Source: a virus (Duplodnaviria > Caudoviricetes). From it: a DNA stretch of 61,029 bases. Positions 47,968 to 58,036 of this stretch are shown here, in pieces. Each line of letters opens with the position of its first letter. The first letter of the stretch is position 1. The position numbers were made by a program, and so were the translations under genes. The notes beneath the pieces are model-generated. The model was given only the letters and a program-made list of their open reading frames with translations, did not search any database and was not told where the DNA came from. The stretch covers positions 1 to 61,029 of the IMG/VR virus record IMGVR_UViG_3300045257_000102; one strand, 5' to 3'.

Positions 47968-48368
47968 TGGCCGTCGAATGGCACGATCAACGATTCAAGC
48001 AGCTTGTCGCGAAAGCGGCGGCCGAAGGCGTTGCGCGCTGTACGGTGCTCTATCACACGCTCTGCCAGCAGTACGTCGGCAAGAGCAATCCACGCAACCG
48101 CAAGTCTGGCGAATACGATCAGCCCAGCAAGCCGGGAGAACCGCCGCGGAAGCGAACCGGATTCGGCCAGCTCAACGTGGCGATGGAGTTCGACGCTAGC
48201 AAGCCTCGCGGGCGGATCGGCGAAACGGCCAATGCGGCCTACATGATTTACCTGCAATTCAGCACGAAGCATATCGCGGCCCGTCCGTGGCTTGAGCTAC
48301 CGTTGCAACGCGACCGAGCAAACCTCGAACGTGTAGCCCTCTTGGGAATGAAAGAGAAGTTTCAATGA
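47967..48368 (+). CDS. tail completion protein (HK97 gp10-like)
   Basis: SKPGEPP.KRTG, Y..YL.F.T..IAARPWL. Confidence 0.8.
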   Translation: MAVEWHDQRFKQLVAKAAAEGVARCTVLYHTLCQQYVGKSNPRNRKSGEYDQPSKPGEPPRKRTGFGQLNVAMEFDASKPRGRIGETANAAYMIYLQFSTKHIAARPWLELPLQRDRANLERVALLGMKEKFQ

Positions 48369-48715
48369 ATAATGCCCATCCCGGACAAGTCGTAGCTTGG
48401 CTCAGTCGCCTCGATGGCGAAGATGCCGCGAAGGTTTATCGAGCGGCCGGCGAAGGCAACGACGCCGATTTACTCGCCGTGGTCAAAGACAAGCTGGCCG
48501 AATTCCCGCCTGTCGATCATCCCGACTCATCCGATCCGTTGGTTCAACACGCATTGATCTCGGACCTGACGGCCCAAGGCTGCGATATGGCGAATTCCAA
48601 TTGGTCGGCGGCAATCTTGCGAATCGGCCGACTCATCAGAAAGCTCGCCGATGAGCAAGAGTCGCCGCCCGAAGCGCCCAAGGAAGAACCGCCGAAAGCC
48701 GAGGCCGCCGTATGA
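48365..48715 (+). CDS. hypothetical protein
   Basis: ATGA-coupled at both ends in the tail operon. Confidence 0.55.
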   Translation: MNNAHPGQVVAWLSRLDGEDAAKVYRAAGEGNDADLLAVVKDKLAEFPPVDHPDSSDPLVQHALISDLTAQGCDMANSNWSAAILRIGRLIRKLADEQESPPEAPKEEPPKAEAAV

Positions 48716-49143
48716 GCGCCATCGCCGCGATTCAACAATTCTGGTCCTCGTGCGGGACGCTTACGACGCTCGTTCCGGCGGATCGCGTTTACAGCGGCTC
48801 GCCGCCGTTGAAAGACGAGAACAATGTTGCGATCACGCGGCCTTACGTCAGCATCATGGTTCAGAGCGAATCGGATTGCCAACGCACATCGAGCGGCCGG
48901 CAGGTTTACCGCGAGCAAGTGAAAATCTCGACCTGGCATGATCGCTACGACAAAGCCGTCGAGATTGACGCCGTGATTCGCGACCAGTTCAACCGCCGTG
49001 ACTTTCATTTCGACCGTGGGCGCGTGCTCGATATGAAAAGCAGCGAACGCGAGGACACGCAGGATTCCGACACGCTGATTTGGCAGATTGCCCGGACGTT
49101 TAGCGTCTTGATCGACCTACTTCCCGATAGGGTACTCGTCTAA
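48712..49143 (+). CDS. tail terminator (DUF3168/gp17-like)
   Basis: L..LV...RVY...P.....PYV, V.I..W. Confidence 0.75.
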   Translation: MSAIAAIQQFWSSCGTLTTLVPADRVYSGSPPLKDENNVAITRPYVSIMVQSESDCQRTSSGRQVYREQVKISTWHDRYDKAVEIDAVIRDQFNRRDFHFDRGRVLDMKSSEREDTQDSDTLIWQIARTFSVLIDLLPDRVLV

Positions 49144-49658
49144 TGGCCTCGACATTTTCGGGAACGATCAAGAACGTCGTGAGCTGGATCAATACCCAGC
49201 CGCTCAACCCGAGCGGCACGACGGTCGTTGACCAGAATAGCTTTCAATTCTTGGAAGCCTTGACGGACGGTTCTGCCAGCAATCAGGCCCACCAGATTTA
49301 CTACAACACGTACACGACGGCGACGACGGCGAACAACGATCTTGACTTGACCTCGCTATCGCAAACGGTATTCGGCGGAACGCTGACGGTTACGTTCAGC
49401 AAGCTAAGCCTGATTTGGATTGCCAACGCCAACGCCGTCAGCCTCGATCGAGTCGTGTTGCTGGCGAGTGCGACGAACGGCTTCGCGGCATGGGGCAACG
49501 GCGTCACGACTTCGGCGGCTGTCTGCGGCCCCAGCAGCAATTTGCAACTCTCGAATTTCTACGATCCGTGGACCGTGGATGGCACGCACAAGATTTTGCG
49601 AATCAATGTCCCCGGCGCGAACAGCGTCACCTACAACGTCATTTTGATCGGAAGCTAA
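49143..49658 (+). CDS. putative tail-associated structural protein
   Basis: Thr/Asn beta-rich, coupled in the tail operon. Confidence 0.55.
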   Translation: MASTFSGTIKNVVSWINTQPLNPSGTTVVDQNSFQFLEALTDGSASNQAHQIYYNTYTTATTANNDLDLTSLSQTVFGGTLTVTFSKLSLIWIANANAVSLDRVVLLASATNGFAAWGNGVTTSAAVCGPSSNLQLSNFYDPWTVDGTHKILRINVPGANSVTYNVILIGS

Positions 49659-49661
49659 GCT

Positions 49662-50048
49662 ATGACCGCGACACTCGAATCCGGCAAAGGCGGCGACGTT
49701 AAGATCGCCTCGACCACGATCGGCGAAGTTCTCCGCTGGACGTTCACCAAGCGAGTGAATTCCAATCGCTTCGGTACATCCGCCTCGGGCGGGTTCAAAC
49801 GCAGCATCGGCGGCGTCAAGGAAGGCAGCGGCACGATTTCCATGAAGTACGACGTTGCCGCCGCAAATACGATTGCCGAAGGTTCGGCGGTTACGCTCAA
49901 GCTCTATCTCGACGCGACGCACTTCTATTCGGTGCCGTCTCTCGTGACCTCATGTCAGGCGATGGTTGACATGGATACCGGGGATGCCATCGGTTCCGAG
50001 TTCTCATTCGACACGGACGGGGCTTGGGCAGAACCCACGTTGCCATAA
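49662..50048 (+). CDS. major tail tube protein
   Basis: SGK.G.V, GEV..WT, G.KR.IGG.K.GSGTI. Confidence 0.78.
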   Translation: MTATLESGKGGDVKIASTTIGEVLRWTFTKRVNSNRFGTSASGGFKRSIGGVKEGSGTISMKYDVAAANTIAEGSAVTLKLYLDATHFYSVPSLVTSCQAMVDMDTGDAIGSEFSFDTDGAWAEPTLP

Positions 50049-50067
50049 TGGTAGGGACAATGCGCGC

Positions 50068-50604
50068 ATGGATAATCTTCTCGACTTGCTGCCGCCGTCG
50101 AAATCCTTCACGGTCGAAGGACGTACCTTCTCTCTGACCGCGCTCCGCGTCAAAGACTACGCGGCGATGAGCGCCCATCTCTTAGAAACGCGGCCACGAC
50201 TGGAAGATGTCTTGCCGAAGATTTTGGCGGCCTGCCCGGACCAAGAGACGAAGAATCACGTCGCCGGCGCCGCGTTCGTCAAAGCTCTTCGCGGGCATTG
50301 CGTGCCGCACGAGGAAGTCATGGAGTGGATCGCCTTGACGCACGAGGGGCGGGCGTGGTCGTGGTGGCTGGGCATGAAGCACGGTACGCCGGACATGACG
50401 CTAGAGCAAGCCGAAACGATTCTGGCCCATCTCGACGAACGCGACCGCTTGGAAGCTCAGCGGATTAAAGACGCGGTGCCCGAGACCCCCTTGGGAAACT
50501 CCCCTGGGCCGGGAGCGGAGAACGACGCCCCTGGCCCTGGCGAAAAATCTTCCGCAAGCTCGGCAAGGAATTCGGATTCACAGCCGGAGAGATCGGCGGC
50601 ATGA
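50068..50604 (+). CDS. tail assembly chaperone (gpG-like)
   Basis: lies between tail tube and tape measure; contains in-phase G GGA AAC. Confidence 0.75.
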   Translation: MDNLLDLLPPSKSFTVEGRTFSLTALRVKDYAAMSAHLLETRPRLEDVLPKILAACPDQETKNHVAGAAFVKALRGHCVPHEEVMEWIALTHEGRAWSWWLGMKHGTPDMTLEQAETILAHLDERDRLEAQRIKDAVPETPLGNSPGPGAENDAPGPGEKSSASSARNSDSQPERSAA

Positions 50605-50759
50605 CGCTCGGGCAAGTCGTCGTCTATTACTCCGAACTGGCCGATAGCGGGGACCGCGTGGCAATGAGCGACTCGGATCAAAAGGCATTCAGTGCCAGAC
50701 GCAAGGGCGAACGGCGGCGGTGGACTCAATACGCAATGGAGAGGTGGGGAAATGGCTGA
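50493..50759 (+). CDS. -1 frameshift extension of the tail chaperone (gpGT-like)
   Basis: slippery GGGAAAC at 50493-50499; the -1 frame is open to TGA 50757-50759 and encodes WRKIFRKLGKEFGFTAGEIGGMTLGQV. Confidence 0.75.
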   Translation, partial: GKLPWAGSGERRPWPWRKIFRKLGKEFGFTAGEIGGMTLGQVVVYYSELADSGDRVAMSDSDQKAFSARRKGERRRWTQYAMERWGNG

Positions 50760-51954
50760 CCAGAAGATTGCCGGCGCCTACGTCGAAATCTACCAGAAGG
50801 GCGCTGAGAAAGTCGCTCCTGTTGTCCAGCGAATGAAGGAAGACGTAAATCGCGTCTTGCCAGTAGAAGACACCGGCCATCTCGAAAAGGTTCTCTTCGG
50901 TAGACATGGCAGCGCGGGCATCGAGCGCAGTCTACTTCACACGGTCGGCCACCTGGGCCGAATGTTTGGGTCTGGCGGCTTGTTCGCTCTCGGTGCTGGG
51001 CTAGGAATCCAGCTTGGCGAGTCTCTATTCAAGACGGCCATTGGCTTCGACAAAACGGCGGCAGCGGCAGACTTAGCGGCCAAGAAATTAGAAACATTTA
51101 ATAAGACGAATGAAAAGGCCATCGAACTATCTCAACAGGCTGAGAGAGCGTCCGTTGCCGCAAAAGGCGCTCTGTTATTCGGTGGAAGCCCAAGTGCCGT
51201 GGACAAAACGACCGAAGCAATCAATAAGAAAATGGCGACCGCCGAAGAGCTTAGATCGTCGGCGGCACGAGTGAGATCTACGCCCGAAGAAATAGAAAGA
51301 ATGCTTACAGGAGTACAAAAAGGTGAGTTCGGGCCGGGAGCGGAAGGCGCTCGCAAGGGCATCCAATCGTTGCAAGAGGGATTAGGCCAGCGTCAGAAGC
51401 AACTCCGAGACCAAGCTGATGAAGAAGAACACAAGGCCCGCGTGCTCCGCAATCAACAGGTAATTAGAGAATTGATACCGCCGATCGGTGGACTCGGCAG
51501 CGTCGCTGGTAGCATGGCTGATTTTGGCCAACGATTGTTCGGTGCTGCTCATGGTCCGGTAGCTCTCGGCATAAACGCCTTACAGAATCAACTCGGCGGC
51601 AATCCCTTGCAACAACAGTTAAACGCCGCTCGGCTACCGAATCTGGCCGCCGGCTTTGATCGCCGAAATGTATTTGATATTCAGAAACTATCCGTAGATG
51701 AATTAGAAAAGCGAGGTGCACAACTTCAGGCAAGAACTTTTAACTTGTCAGAACGAGAGCACAACTTTCAAGGTCGTTCTGGCGGCGCGACGGATATCGG
51801 CAGTATCGGTGCTCAGATTCAGGCGGCTATTCTCGATTCGCCGTTTGAGCGTGAATGGATGGAAATCGACAAAGAGCAGAGAGACCTGCTCAAAGAAATC
51901 GCTAGACGTGGACCCGGCGCACCAGCCGTCGCTGTCGTGGCCCCGAACCGATGA
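50752..51954 (+). CDS. short tape measure protein (~400 aa)
   Basis: IAGAYVEI N-terminus, Ala/Gly/Leu helical composition, position. Confidence 0.75.
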   Translation: MADQKIAGAYVEIYQKGAEKVAPVVQRMKEDVNRVLPVEDTGHLEKVLFGRHGSAGIERSLLHTVGHLGRMFGSGGLFALGAGLGIQLGESLFKTAIGFDKTAAAADLAAKKLETFNKTNEKAIELSQQAERASVAAKGALLFGGSPSAVDKTTEAINKKMATAEELRSSAARVRSTPEEIERMLTGVQKGEFGPGAEGARKGIQSLQEGLGQRQKQLRDQADEEEHKARVLRNQQVIRELIPPIGGLGSVAGSMADFGQRLFGAAHGPVALGINALQNQLGGNPLQQQLNAARLPNLAAGFDRRNVFDIQKLSVDELEKRGAQLQARTFNLSEREHNFQGRSGGATDIGSIGAQIQAAILDSPFEREWMEIDKEQRDLLKEIARRGPGAPAVAVVAPNR

Positions 51955-51955
51955 A

Positions 51956-52246
51956 TCAGTTTTTAGGTTTTGTGTCGCTGAAGTATTCCTGTATTTCCTT
52001 GTCCGTTTTTGGCGGCTGAGCATGCAACAATCTCTCGCTTCCCTCCAGATATTTTCGACTCTCTTCGGCCGCCATAGATGCCTTGTCGGCGGCCTCGCTC
52101 GCTTCCTTGTAGCGTTGCAGCCCACGCTCTTCAGCAGTCGGCTGATGAGGCGGAGACGTATTGACCGCGATGACGATCCCCACAACCAGCAACGCTGCGA
52201 GCAGGGCCGCGACAGACGCGAGTAGGATTTTGTTCATGTTTTCCAT
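51956..52246 (-). CDS. membrane-anchored moron protein
   Basis: N-terminal TM; antisense within the tail operon. Confidence 0.65.
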   Translation of the reverse strand: MENMNKILLASVAALLAALLVVGIVIAVNTSPPHQPTAEERGLQRYKEASEAADKASMAAEESRKYLEGSERLLHAQPPKTDKEIQEYFSDTKPKN

Positions 52247-52287
52247 GCCTTTAGCCTAAGCCTGCCCAAGTTACGCCCGCAAGCTGT

Positions 52288-53202
52288 ATGTCCATATACC
52301 TAGAGGAAGTCTTTGCCAAGCTCTCAGTAGACGACGGAGGTGTCGTCGGGCAAAGGGTTTTCATCATGGCCTGGACCGACGTTTCGGACTTTTTCGCGCT
52401 CATGTACGGGGCTTATACGAACAACAGCGGGCAGGTCGTCGTCACGGCCCCGCAGCATTGGCCGGGAATCAACGGCCTCTACGTTCGCGGGCTGGACGCC
52501 GAACCGCAAGACCCCAGCTCGCCGTTCGGCAATCAGACCTATCAGCAAATCACGTCTAACCAGGTCGTAGACTTCACGCTGCCGACCTTCCCAAATCAGG
52601 GCTACACCGGCAAGCCGTGCGGTGCGCGCGTCACGGTCATCTACCGGCCGTTTGCGCCCAACGGTACGCCGGACGGCAAACCAGACGTGCCCAATGGGAC
52701 GTTCTTGGATTACGAAAGCGAATCGACCGAGACGGCGTTGCCCGTGCCGGGACGGTATCTGGAGTGGTCCGCCGATCATGTCCAACTACCGCATGACGTG
52801 ACCGCGCCCGTGCCGATCTACAACGAAGAAATTAGGCTAACGTGGCATCGCGTGACGAAGCCGCCATTCACGGCCATGCGAGCACTCAAGGGTTGCGTCA
52901 ATGAAAATCTGTTCTGCAATCACAAACAGCAAAACGTGATTTATCTTGGCGGGAACGTCGCGCAGGAATTCCAAATCGGCAACACGATTCTCTACACCGT
53001 ATCGCACCGCTTTCGCGCCGAAGAGAAACCAGGCACGGCCTCCGGCGGTCACGTCTATGGTCCAAACTTCATGTATCGCAAAGACGTGACGGGCGAGAAT
53101 TGGCAGATAGCTCAAAACGTAGGAAGCCACAAAGTCATCTTTCCCTACGACACGGACCAGACGACCAACGGCTTCGATGACCTCTTTGCCTACGAGCCGT
53201 AA
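52288..53202 (+). CDS. putative distal tail / tail-tip protein
   Basis: follows the tape measure; Y.V...F.. beta pattern. Confidence 0.6.
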   Translation: MSIYLEEVFAKLSVDDGGVVGQRVFIMAWTDVSDFFALMYGAYTNNSGQVVVTAPQHWPGINGLYVRGLDAEPQDPSSPFGNQTYQQITSNQVVDFTLPTFPNQGYTGKPCGARVTVIYRPFAPNGTPDGKPDVPNGTFLDYESESTETALPVPGRYLEWSADHVQLPHDVTAPVPIYNEEIRLTWHRVTKPPFTAMRALKGCVNENLFCNHKQQNVIYLGGNVAQEFQIGNTILYTVSHRFRAEEKPGTASGGHVYGPNFMYRKDVTGENWQIAQNVGSHKVIFPYDTDQTTNGFDDLFAYEP

Positions 53203-55221
53203 ATGCCCCTGCGACCGCTCAAAGCCGGCGAACCGATTACCGAAGATTGGATTGCCGACCTCGTAGACGCCGTGGCGCAGGCGCTGACCGTCCGCGGGGC
53301 TGGCGGTCTCGCCGTTACCCGCAGCGGCAACGGCATCACGATCCGCAACGACAAGCCGACGGAATTTGCGCTCGTCGAATTGAACGATACGATCGAGGAG
53401 AACGACAAGGACAAAGAAGCCGACCTCTTCACTTACGACCACACAATGACCGATCCGTGGAGCGACACGAACGACGTGCTGCCGCTGATTAGCGACCCGG
53501 ATCAAGGACTGCGGCTGGAAGGCGAGCGGCATCTACTCTACCACAATCCGTCGGCTGGGCAGTGGCATCCGATTCCCGACAACCAGCTCCAGTTCGGGAA
53601 AATCTATGCCCAGCCCGGCGGCGCCGGCCAAGCCTACGACATCGAAGTTTGGAAAGTCACTTCGACGAATACGCCACCCGCTTCACAGACCACGGCGACT
53701 TCGACCTATCACGTCTACGCCTACCAGTGGGGCAATCAAAGCCTACAGAACGGAACGCAGGTATTTATTTGGAAACATCGGCAATCGAAGCTGTGGGTCT
53801 TCGCACCGGGCGGAACGGGTACAACAGCACTCGGGACCGTCACAACTAAGATTACCGCCGGGACCGGCTTCGGCGGCACGAACGGCACGGGCGTCGTTGA
53901 ACTCTACAACATCAACGGTGTTGACCTTACTACGAATGTCACGGTCACAAACCCCCAGCCATACCCTTACGAGGTTGGCAGTACGATCCGTTTGCTGTTT
54001 GATTCGGCAACGAGTCAATGGTATCCGCTCGACTGGCAAATCCCGATGTTGGGGTACTACATCGGTACTTCGCTGCCAGTCGGAACGACCGGCACGTTTA
54101 CGCTTCTCGACGATCAATTCAACACGCTCAGTACGCTTGCCGGCGTCCGCGCACTCTCGACGATTGCCCGCAAGCAAATGTGCATCATCTTTGGGAGTTT
54201 TCCCAACGCCGAGTTTGTTGCCGTACCATTTAACACTCCACTCATCGCGCAAGCGACCGCGGCAATCGTCTATCAGACGACGGGCACGGTCAACGTCAAG
54301 CGGTCGGACTTGACCGATCCGACCGGCGGCGTCACGGGCATTACGGCCCTGGCGTTCTATCGGACGATTGCCAAGAACGAATACTGTTTGGTGTGGTGGG
54401 ATTATTACGAGGGGGTATTCTACGCTTCGCCGCTGAACGCCGTACTGCTCGGCCAGTTCACGGCGTCGATTTCCGTGTCTGCCGGCTCAACGGGAACTGT
54501 CGAGTTGTTCAAGCCAAATACGGCTGGCGCTGCCCCCGTCGATCTCTCAACCTCGATCTCCAACGTCCGGGCCGTTGTCGATTGGTCGAAGTATGATTTT
54601 CTGTGGCTCGTATGGGACTCGAATAATAGCGAGTTCTACGGGCTACCACTCGACCGACCGTTACGGGGAAAGCCGACCGCAAATATTCTCCTTGGAAACA
54701 CGGGGAGCGTCGCAATCTACGATTCGACCACAGGCGCGCCGGTTGCAACCGGAGATAGCGTTACCGTATCGGCAGCCTTTTGCGATTTGTATAAAACTCA
54801 ATTCTGCCTGGTCGCTTGGGATTGGAAGCTACACCATTTCTACGCAACTCCAATCTCGCCGACAAAAGCACGCTTCGTTTGGGTTCGTTTACTCGGCACA
54901 CTGGATGCGGATACTTCCACCTTCAGTTGCAGTAGTACACTTGAAGATTTTGGAGATGGAAGTCAGCCTAGTGGTCCGACCATCATCCTGCCACCTCCAG
55001 GAGACATGAAAGGCAGTGCCGATGACTATTGCTTTGCTGTCTATGATCCGGCGAACGATCAATATGTGGCCGCAGTTATCTTGACGTTGCAAACTGTCGT
55101 CACGGACGTTCAATGGGACGGGACTGCGCACAAGCTACAGAAAAAAACGAGACAAGTAGCTGTTTGTCAGTTTGGCGCGGTATCCGCTTGGACGGACATC
55201 GACGCCGCGACGACGTGTTGA
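53203..55221 (+). CDS. tail-tip/fibre protein with ~60-70 aa internal repeats
   Basis: repeating G.TG.V....W D.....FY..P(L/I). Confidence 0.65.
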   Translation: MPLRPLKAGEPITEDWIADLVDAVAQALTVRGAGGLAVTRSGNGITIRNDKPTEFALVELNDTIEENDKDKEADLFTYDHTMTDPWSDTNDVLPLISDPDQGLRLEGERHLLYHNPSAGQWHPIPDNQLQFGKIYAQPGGAGQAYDIEVWKVTSTNTPPASQTTATSTYHVYAYQWGNQSLQNGTQVFIWKHRQSKLWVFAPGGTGTTALGTVTTKITAGTGFGGTNGTGVVELYNINGVDLTTNVTVTNPQPYPYEVGSTIRLLFDSATSQWYPLDWQIPMLGYYIGTSLPVGTTGTFTLLDDQFNTLSTLAGVRALSTIARKQMCIIFGSFPNAEFVAVPFNTPLIAQATAAIVYQTTGTVNVKRSDLTDPTGGVTGITALAFYRTIAKNEYCLVWWDYYEGVFYASPLNAVLLGQFTASISVSAGSTGTVELFKPNTAGAAPVDLSTSISNVRAVVDWSKYDFLWLVWDSNNSEFYGLPLDRPLRGKPTANILLGNTGSVAIYDSTTGAPVATGDSVTVSAAFCDLYKTQFCLVAWDWKLHHFYATPISPTKARFVWVRLLGTLDADTSTFSCSSTLEDFGDGSQPSGPTIILPPPGDMKGSADDYCFAVYDPANDQYVAAVILTLQTVVTDVQWDGTAHKLQKKTRQVAVCQFGAVSAWTDIDAATTC

Positions 55222-55245
55222 CATAGAAAACAGTCGTAGTATGCT
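55218..55245 (+). promoter_or_regulatory. sigma70-type promoter of the endonuclease gene
   Basis: TTGACA-16 nt-TATGCT. Confidence 0.5.
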
Positions 55246-55273
55246 ATAGCCATTCACCTTTAAACTAGGAGTA

Positions 55274-55942
55274 ATGGCTATGAAGTTTATTGCAGGCGGA
55301 AAACCACCAACAAATGATTTGACCGGGCGGCGGTTCGGTAGATTGGTCGTTGTTGGATTTGCGGGACGTAGTTGTCACGGCCACATTTATTTCGACGCAA
55401 TTTGCGACTGCGGGGAAAAAACCGTATCGCTGGCTAACACATTGCGGAACGGACAGTCCCAGTCGTGCGGGTGTCTTAGGCTCGAACGGATAACTACGCA
55501 TGACGGTACACAGACGCCGGAATTTGCCGTGTGGTGTGGAATGCTCAACCGTTGCCGAAATTCGAATGCCGCGAATTTTGACCGCTATGGTGGCAAAGGA
55601 ATCCGCGTATGCGAGCGATGGGATTTGTTTGAGACTTTTCTTGCGGACATGGGACCGCGACCATCGCCGAGACATTCGATAGATCGGTTTCCAGATGCGA
55701 ATGGAAACTACGAGCCCGGCAATTGCAGATGGGCGACTCCTAGCGAGCAAGCCGAAAACAGAAGTACAACAAAACGCTTTGTCATCGACGGCATCGAAAG
55801 AACATTGCCCAGTTTAATTCGAGAACGCGGCCTGAGTCGCGATATGGTTTACAATCGCCTTCGCCGAGGCGAGTCGATTGAAATGGCCCTCAGACCGCAG
55901 GAGCGTCTAGCACGGCGCAAAGGCCAGAAGGTGACATGCTAG
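55274..55942 (+). CDS. HNH-type homing endonuclease
   Basis: DLTGRRFGRLVV, CDCG, SCGC, YGGKGI.VCERW, SIDR...NGNYEPGNCRWAT. Confidence 0.9.
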   Translation: MAMKFIAGGKPPTNDLTGRRFGRLVVVGFAGRSCHGHIYFDAICDCGEKTVSLANTLRNGQSQSCGCLRLERITTHDGTQTPEFAVWCGMLNRCRNSNAANFDRYGGKGIRVCERWDLFETFLADMGPRPSPRHSIDRFPDANGNYEPGNCRWATPSEQAENRSTTKRFVIDGIERTLPSLIRERGLSRDMVYNRLRRGESIEMALRPQERLARRKGQKVTC

Positions 55943-56490
55943 CCATCCCACGAAGAGACTGGCGACTGTGGCAACCGAGCAGCCCGCTGCGCCGGCTTAA
56001 AGACAATGTCGTCTGGATGGCGGATCACCTGAAGTACACCGGGGCGCATCTCACTTATAAGACCGTCGGAGGCACTAGCCATCTGGCATACTGCGGGCTT
56101 CCTCCCTGCTCGAATTGCAACGCCGGCACGATTAAATCTTCGTATTCCACGACGCTGGCCGGATTTGCCGACGTTGGCTGCGATTGCAGTTGGTTGAATG
56201 GCCGCACGTTCGTTATTACCCAAGATTTAGTCGATGGATGCGCTTTCTTGTATACAGGGACCACAGCCGGCGGGTGTGCTGCCGCGATCAATTTCCGCTT
56301 TAACCCGACTCAAATTTTCTGTGAGATCAGCGTTGTAACGGGGGCATTTACGTCCGCGTTCGATTACGTCCTAGCAAAGACCACCCCCTATGATTGCAGT
56401 GGTCCATTCACGCTGACATTCTCTACTACGGTCGGCGGTGCTGTCCCATGCAATCTCGCTATACATCCCGCCAGCGTTACGTTTAGCTGA
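55936..56490 (+). CDS. Cys/Thr-rich putative tail-associated protein
   Basis: coupled ORF with multiple Cys. Confidence 0.55.
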   Translation: MLAIPRRDWRLWQPSSPLRRLKDNVVWMADHLKYTGAHLTYKTVGGTSHLAYCGLPPCSNCNAGTIKSSYSTTLAGFADVGCDCSWLNGRTFVITQDLVDGCAFLYTGTTAGGCAAAINFRFNPTQIFCEISVVTGAFTSAFDYVLAKTTPYDCSGPFTLTFSTTVGGAVPCNLAIHPASVTFS

Positions 56491-56783
56491 TGCACTCGTG
56501 GCCCGATAAACCTTGGCCAAACCGAATTGTCTGCAAAGCCTGCGGCTTAGAAGTTTCTCCGCACGATCCGAACTTTGATCCGGCGAAAGTCGAACCGCCA
56601 TGCGGCAAGCCCGGCCTCGGCGACCGCGTAGCGCGGTTTATCTACCGCTGGATTCGGAGCAAGCCGTGTGCGGGCTGTCGGAAACGGCAAGCGTGGCTCA
56701 ACCGCCATCCACGGCTCGCGATGGCTGTCTCAATCGCGGGCGCGGCGTTTATCGCCTGGACCGTGCTGCGAATGCTGTGGTAG
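56490..56783 (+). CDS. Cys-rich protein with C-terminal TM
   Basis: GLGDRV...C.GC.KRQ.WLN followed by a hydrophobic tail. Confidence 0.65.
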   Translation: MHSWPDKPWPNRIVCKACGLEVSPHDPNFDPAKVEPPCGKPGLGDRVARFIYRWIRSKPCAGCRKRQAWLNRHPRLAMAVSIAGAAFIAWTVLRMLW

Positions 56784-57153
56784 AATCAGCGCGAGCCAAG
56801 CAGTAAAAGCCATGAAAATTCAACTTTGGGCTAACGGCGATTCGCAAGTCGCGACCTGTTGCTGTGAAGAGGGCAATGAGGTTGCACGCTGTGATATGGA
56901 CGATCCTCGCCTTTTGCTAGAATTCGAGGCGGACAGCTACCGAGAGGCGTTTTCTAAGATGCACGAATTCAACGGCTGGGAACCGTGGGAAGAATGACGC
57001 CATGAACGAAACCGAAGCGACAATCGACGGACAGACGATTACCGTCTACAACGACCCCGAATGGACTGGCCGAGATGTCAGCCAAGGTGAGAGAGTCTAC
57101 GTCATGCTTGAACCGGGCGAAGGCCAATGGGTCATCGTGTCGGCCGACCAGGA

Positions 57154-57417
57154 TTAGCCGCTGATCGGCTGACTTCTCTGTTTCGCCACGTAAGCGGCAA
57201 TCTTCGCGTCGCGTTCGGCTCTTTCGCTTTCGCGCTTCTCGTGGTCAGCCTGGCACGCAGCTATCGCCAATTCCAGCGTCTCGTGCTTACCGAGGTCCAG
57301 GTCGCAGCAGTCGCGTCGAATCGCATAGAAGCTGCGAGGCTCAAGCGTCTCGATTATCTCGTAGTCTCGCGCATGCCAAATCGTTCTATGCCAGTTGAGT
57401 GCCATCATGGTGGGCAT
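57154..57417 (-). CDS. hypothetical protein
   Basis: minus-strand ORF downstream of the integrase remnant. Confidence 0.5.
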   Translation of the reverse strand: MPTMMALNWHRTIWHARDYEIIETLEPRSFYAIRRDCCDLDLGKHETLELAIAACQADHEKRESERAERDAKIAAYVAKQRSQPISG

Positions 57418-57418
57418 T

Positions 57419-57598
57419 CTACGGTCCCGTGATTGGCGGCGGAAGAGGCACCTGGCGCCATTCAGCTTGGTCCTTTTTTTCAGCCTTGCGGCGGTTGATT
57501 AGCTCTTGAGCCATGCTTTCAACTTCGATCGGCCGGGCCTCAGTACCATCTAAGAGGATATGATAAAGCCGTTTGATACTGACTGGCTTGGGTTCCAT
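57419..57598 (-). CDS. hypothetical protein (59 aa)
   Basis: translated by hand: MEPKPVSIKRL...RQVPLPPPITGP. Confidence 0.45.
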   Translation of the reverse strand: MEPKPVSIKRLYHILLDGTEARPIEVESMAQELINRRKAEKKDQAEWRQVPLPPPITGP

Positions 57599-57631
57599 TG
57601 CCGTTATCCTACCGACCGATCTCGGGCCGCG

Positions 57632-57958
57632 TCAAGAAATCGGTGGCGGTAGTGGCACCGACCGCCGCGTAATCCTGGCCACGTCATAGCTGCGGGCAAA
57701 GACGGTTGAACCTGCTGCCCCCGTCTCAAAAGCATCCCGCCAGAGCATGAGAATCGACGTGCGATTCCCCCGTACAGTATCCGGCCTTAGCCCGCATTCC
57801 TTCCGGTAGAACAGCCAGCCATTGAGCAGGTCGTCGCAGAGCGGCACATCGCCGGCCCACCTGTCGAACAGCTTAGCCGCGTTGCGAAGTTGCTGGATTG
57901 TCGAATCGGCCAGGTCGTGGCTGAGCACGTAGCGATCGACATAAGAGGTGAAATGCAC
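57632..57958 (-). pseudogene. internally deleted tyrosine integrase
   Basis: core-binding-like N-domain (ST..QL, L.P.TV...R.SI..LWR.A...G) joined to a short tail containing RSY; no R-H-R catalytic core; adjacent to attP. Confidence 0.65.
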
Positions 57959-58036
57959 GGCCGACCCTCTGGTTTGGTCTCCGTGCGGTGTTTCACAACA
58001 TGCTAGTTAGAGGGGGTTTAGGATGCAAATAGTCCA

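Noticed and set aside
33401-55221. Stop-codon reassignment
   Set aside because: Core genes are full length in the standard code
52288-56783. Diversity-generating retroelement or invertible tail cassette
   Set aside because: No reverse transcriptase, TR/VR pair or invertase recognised; the repeats are diverged and at protein level
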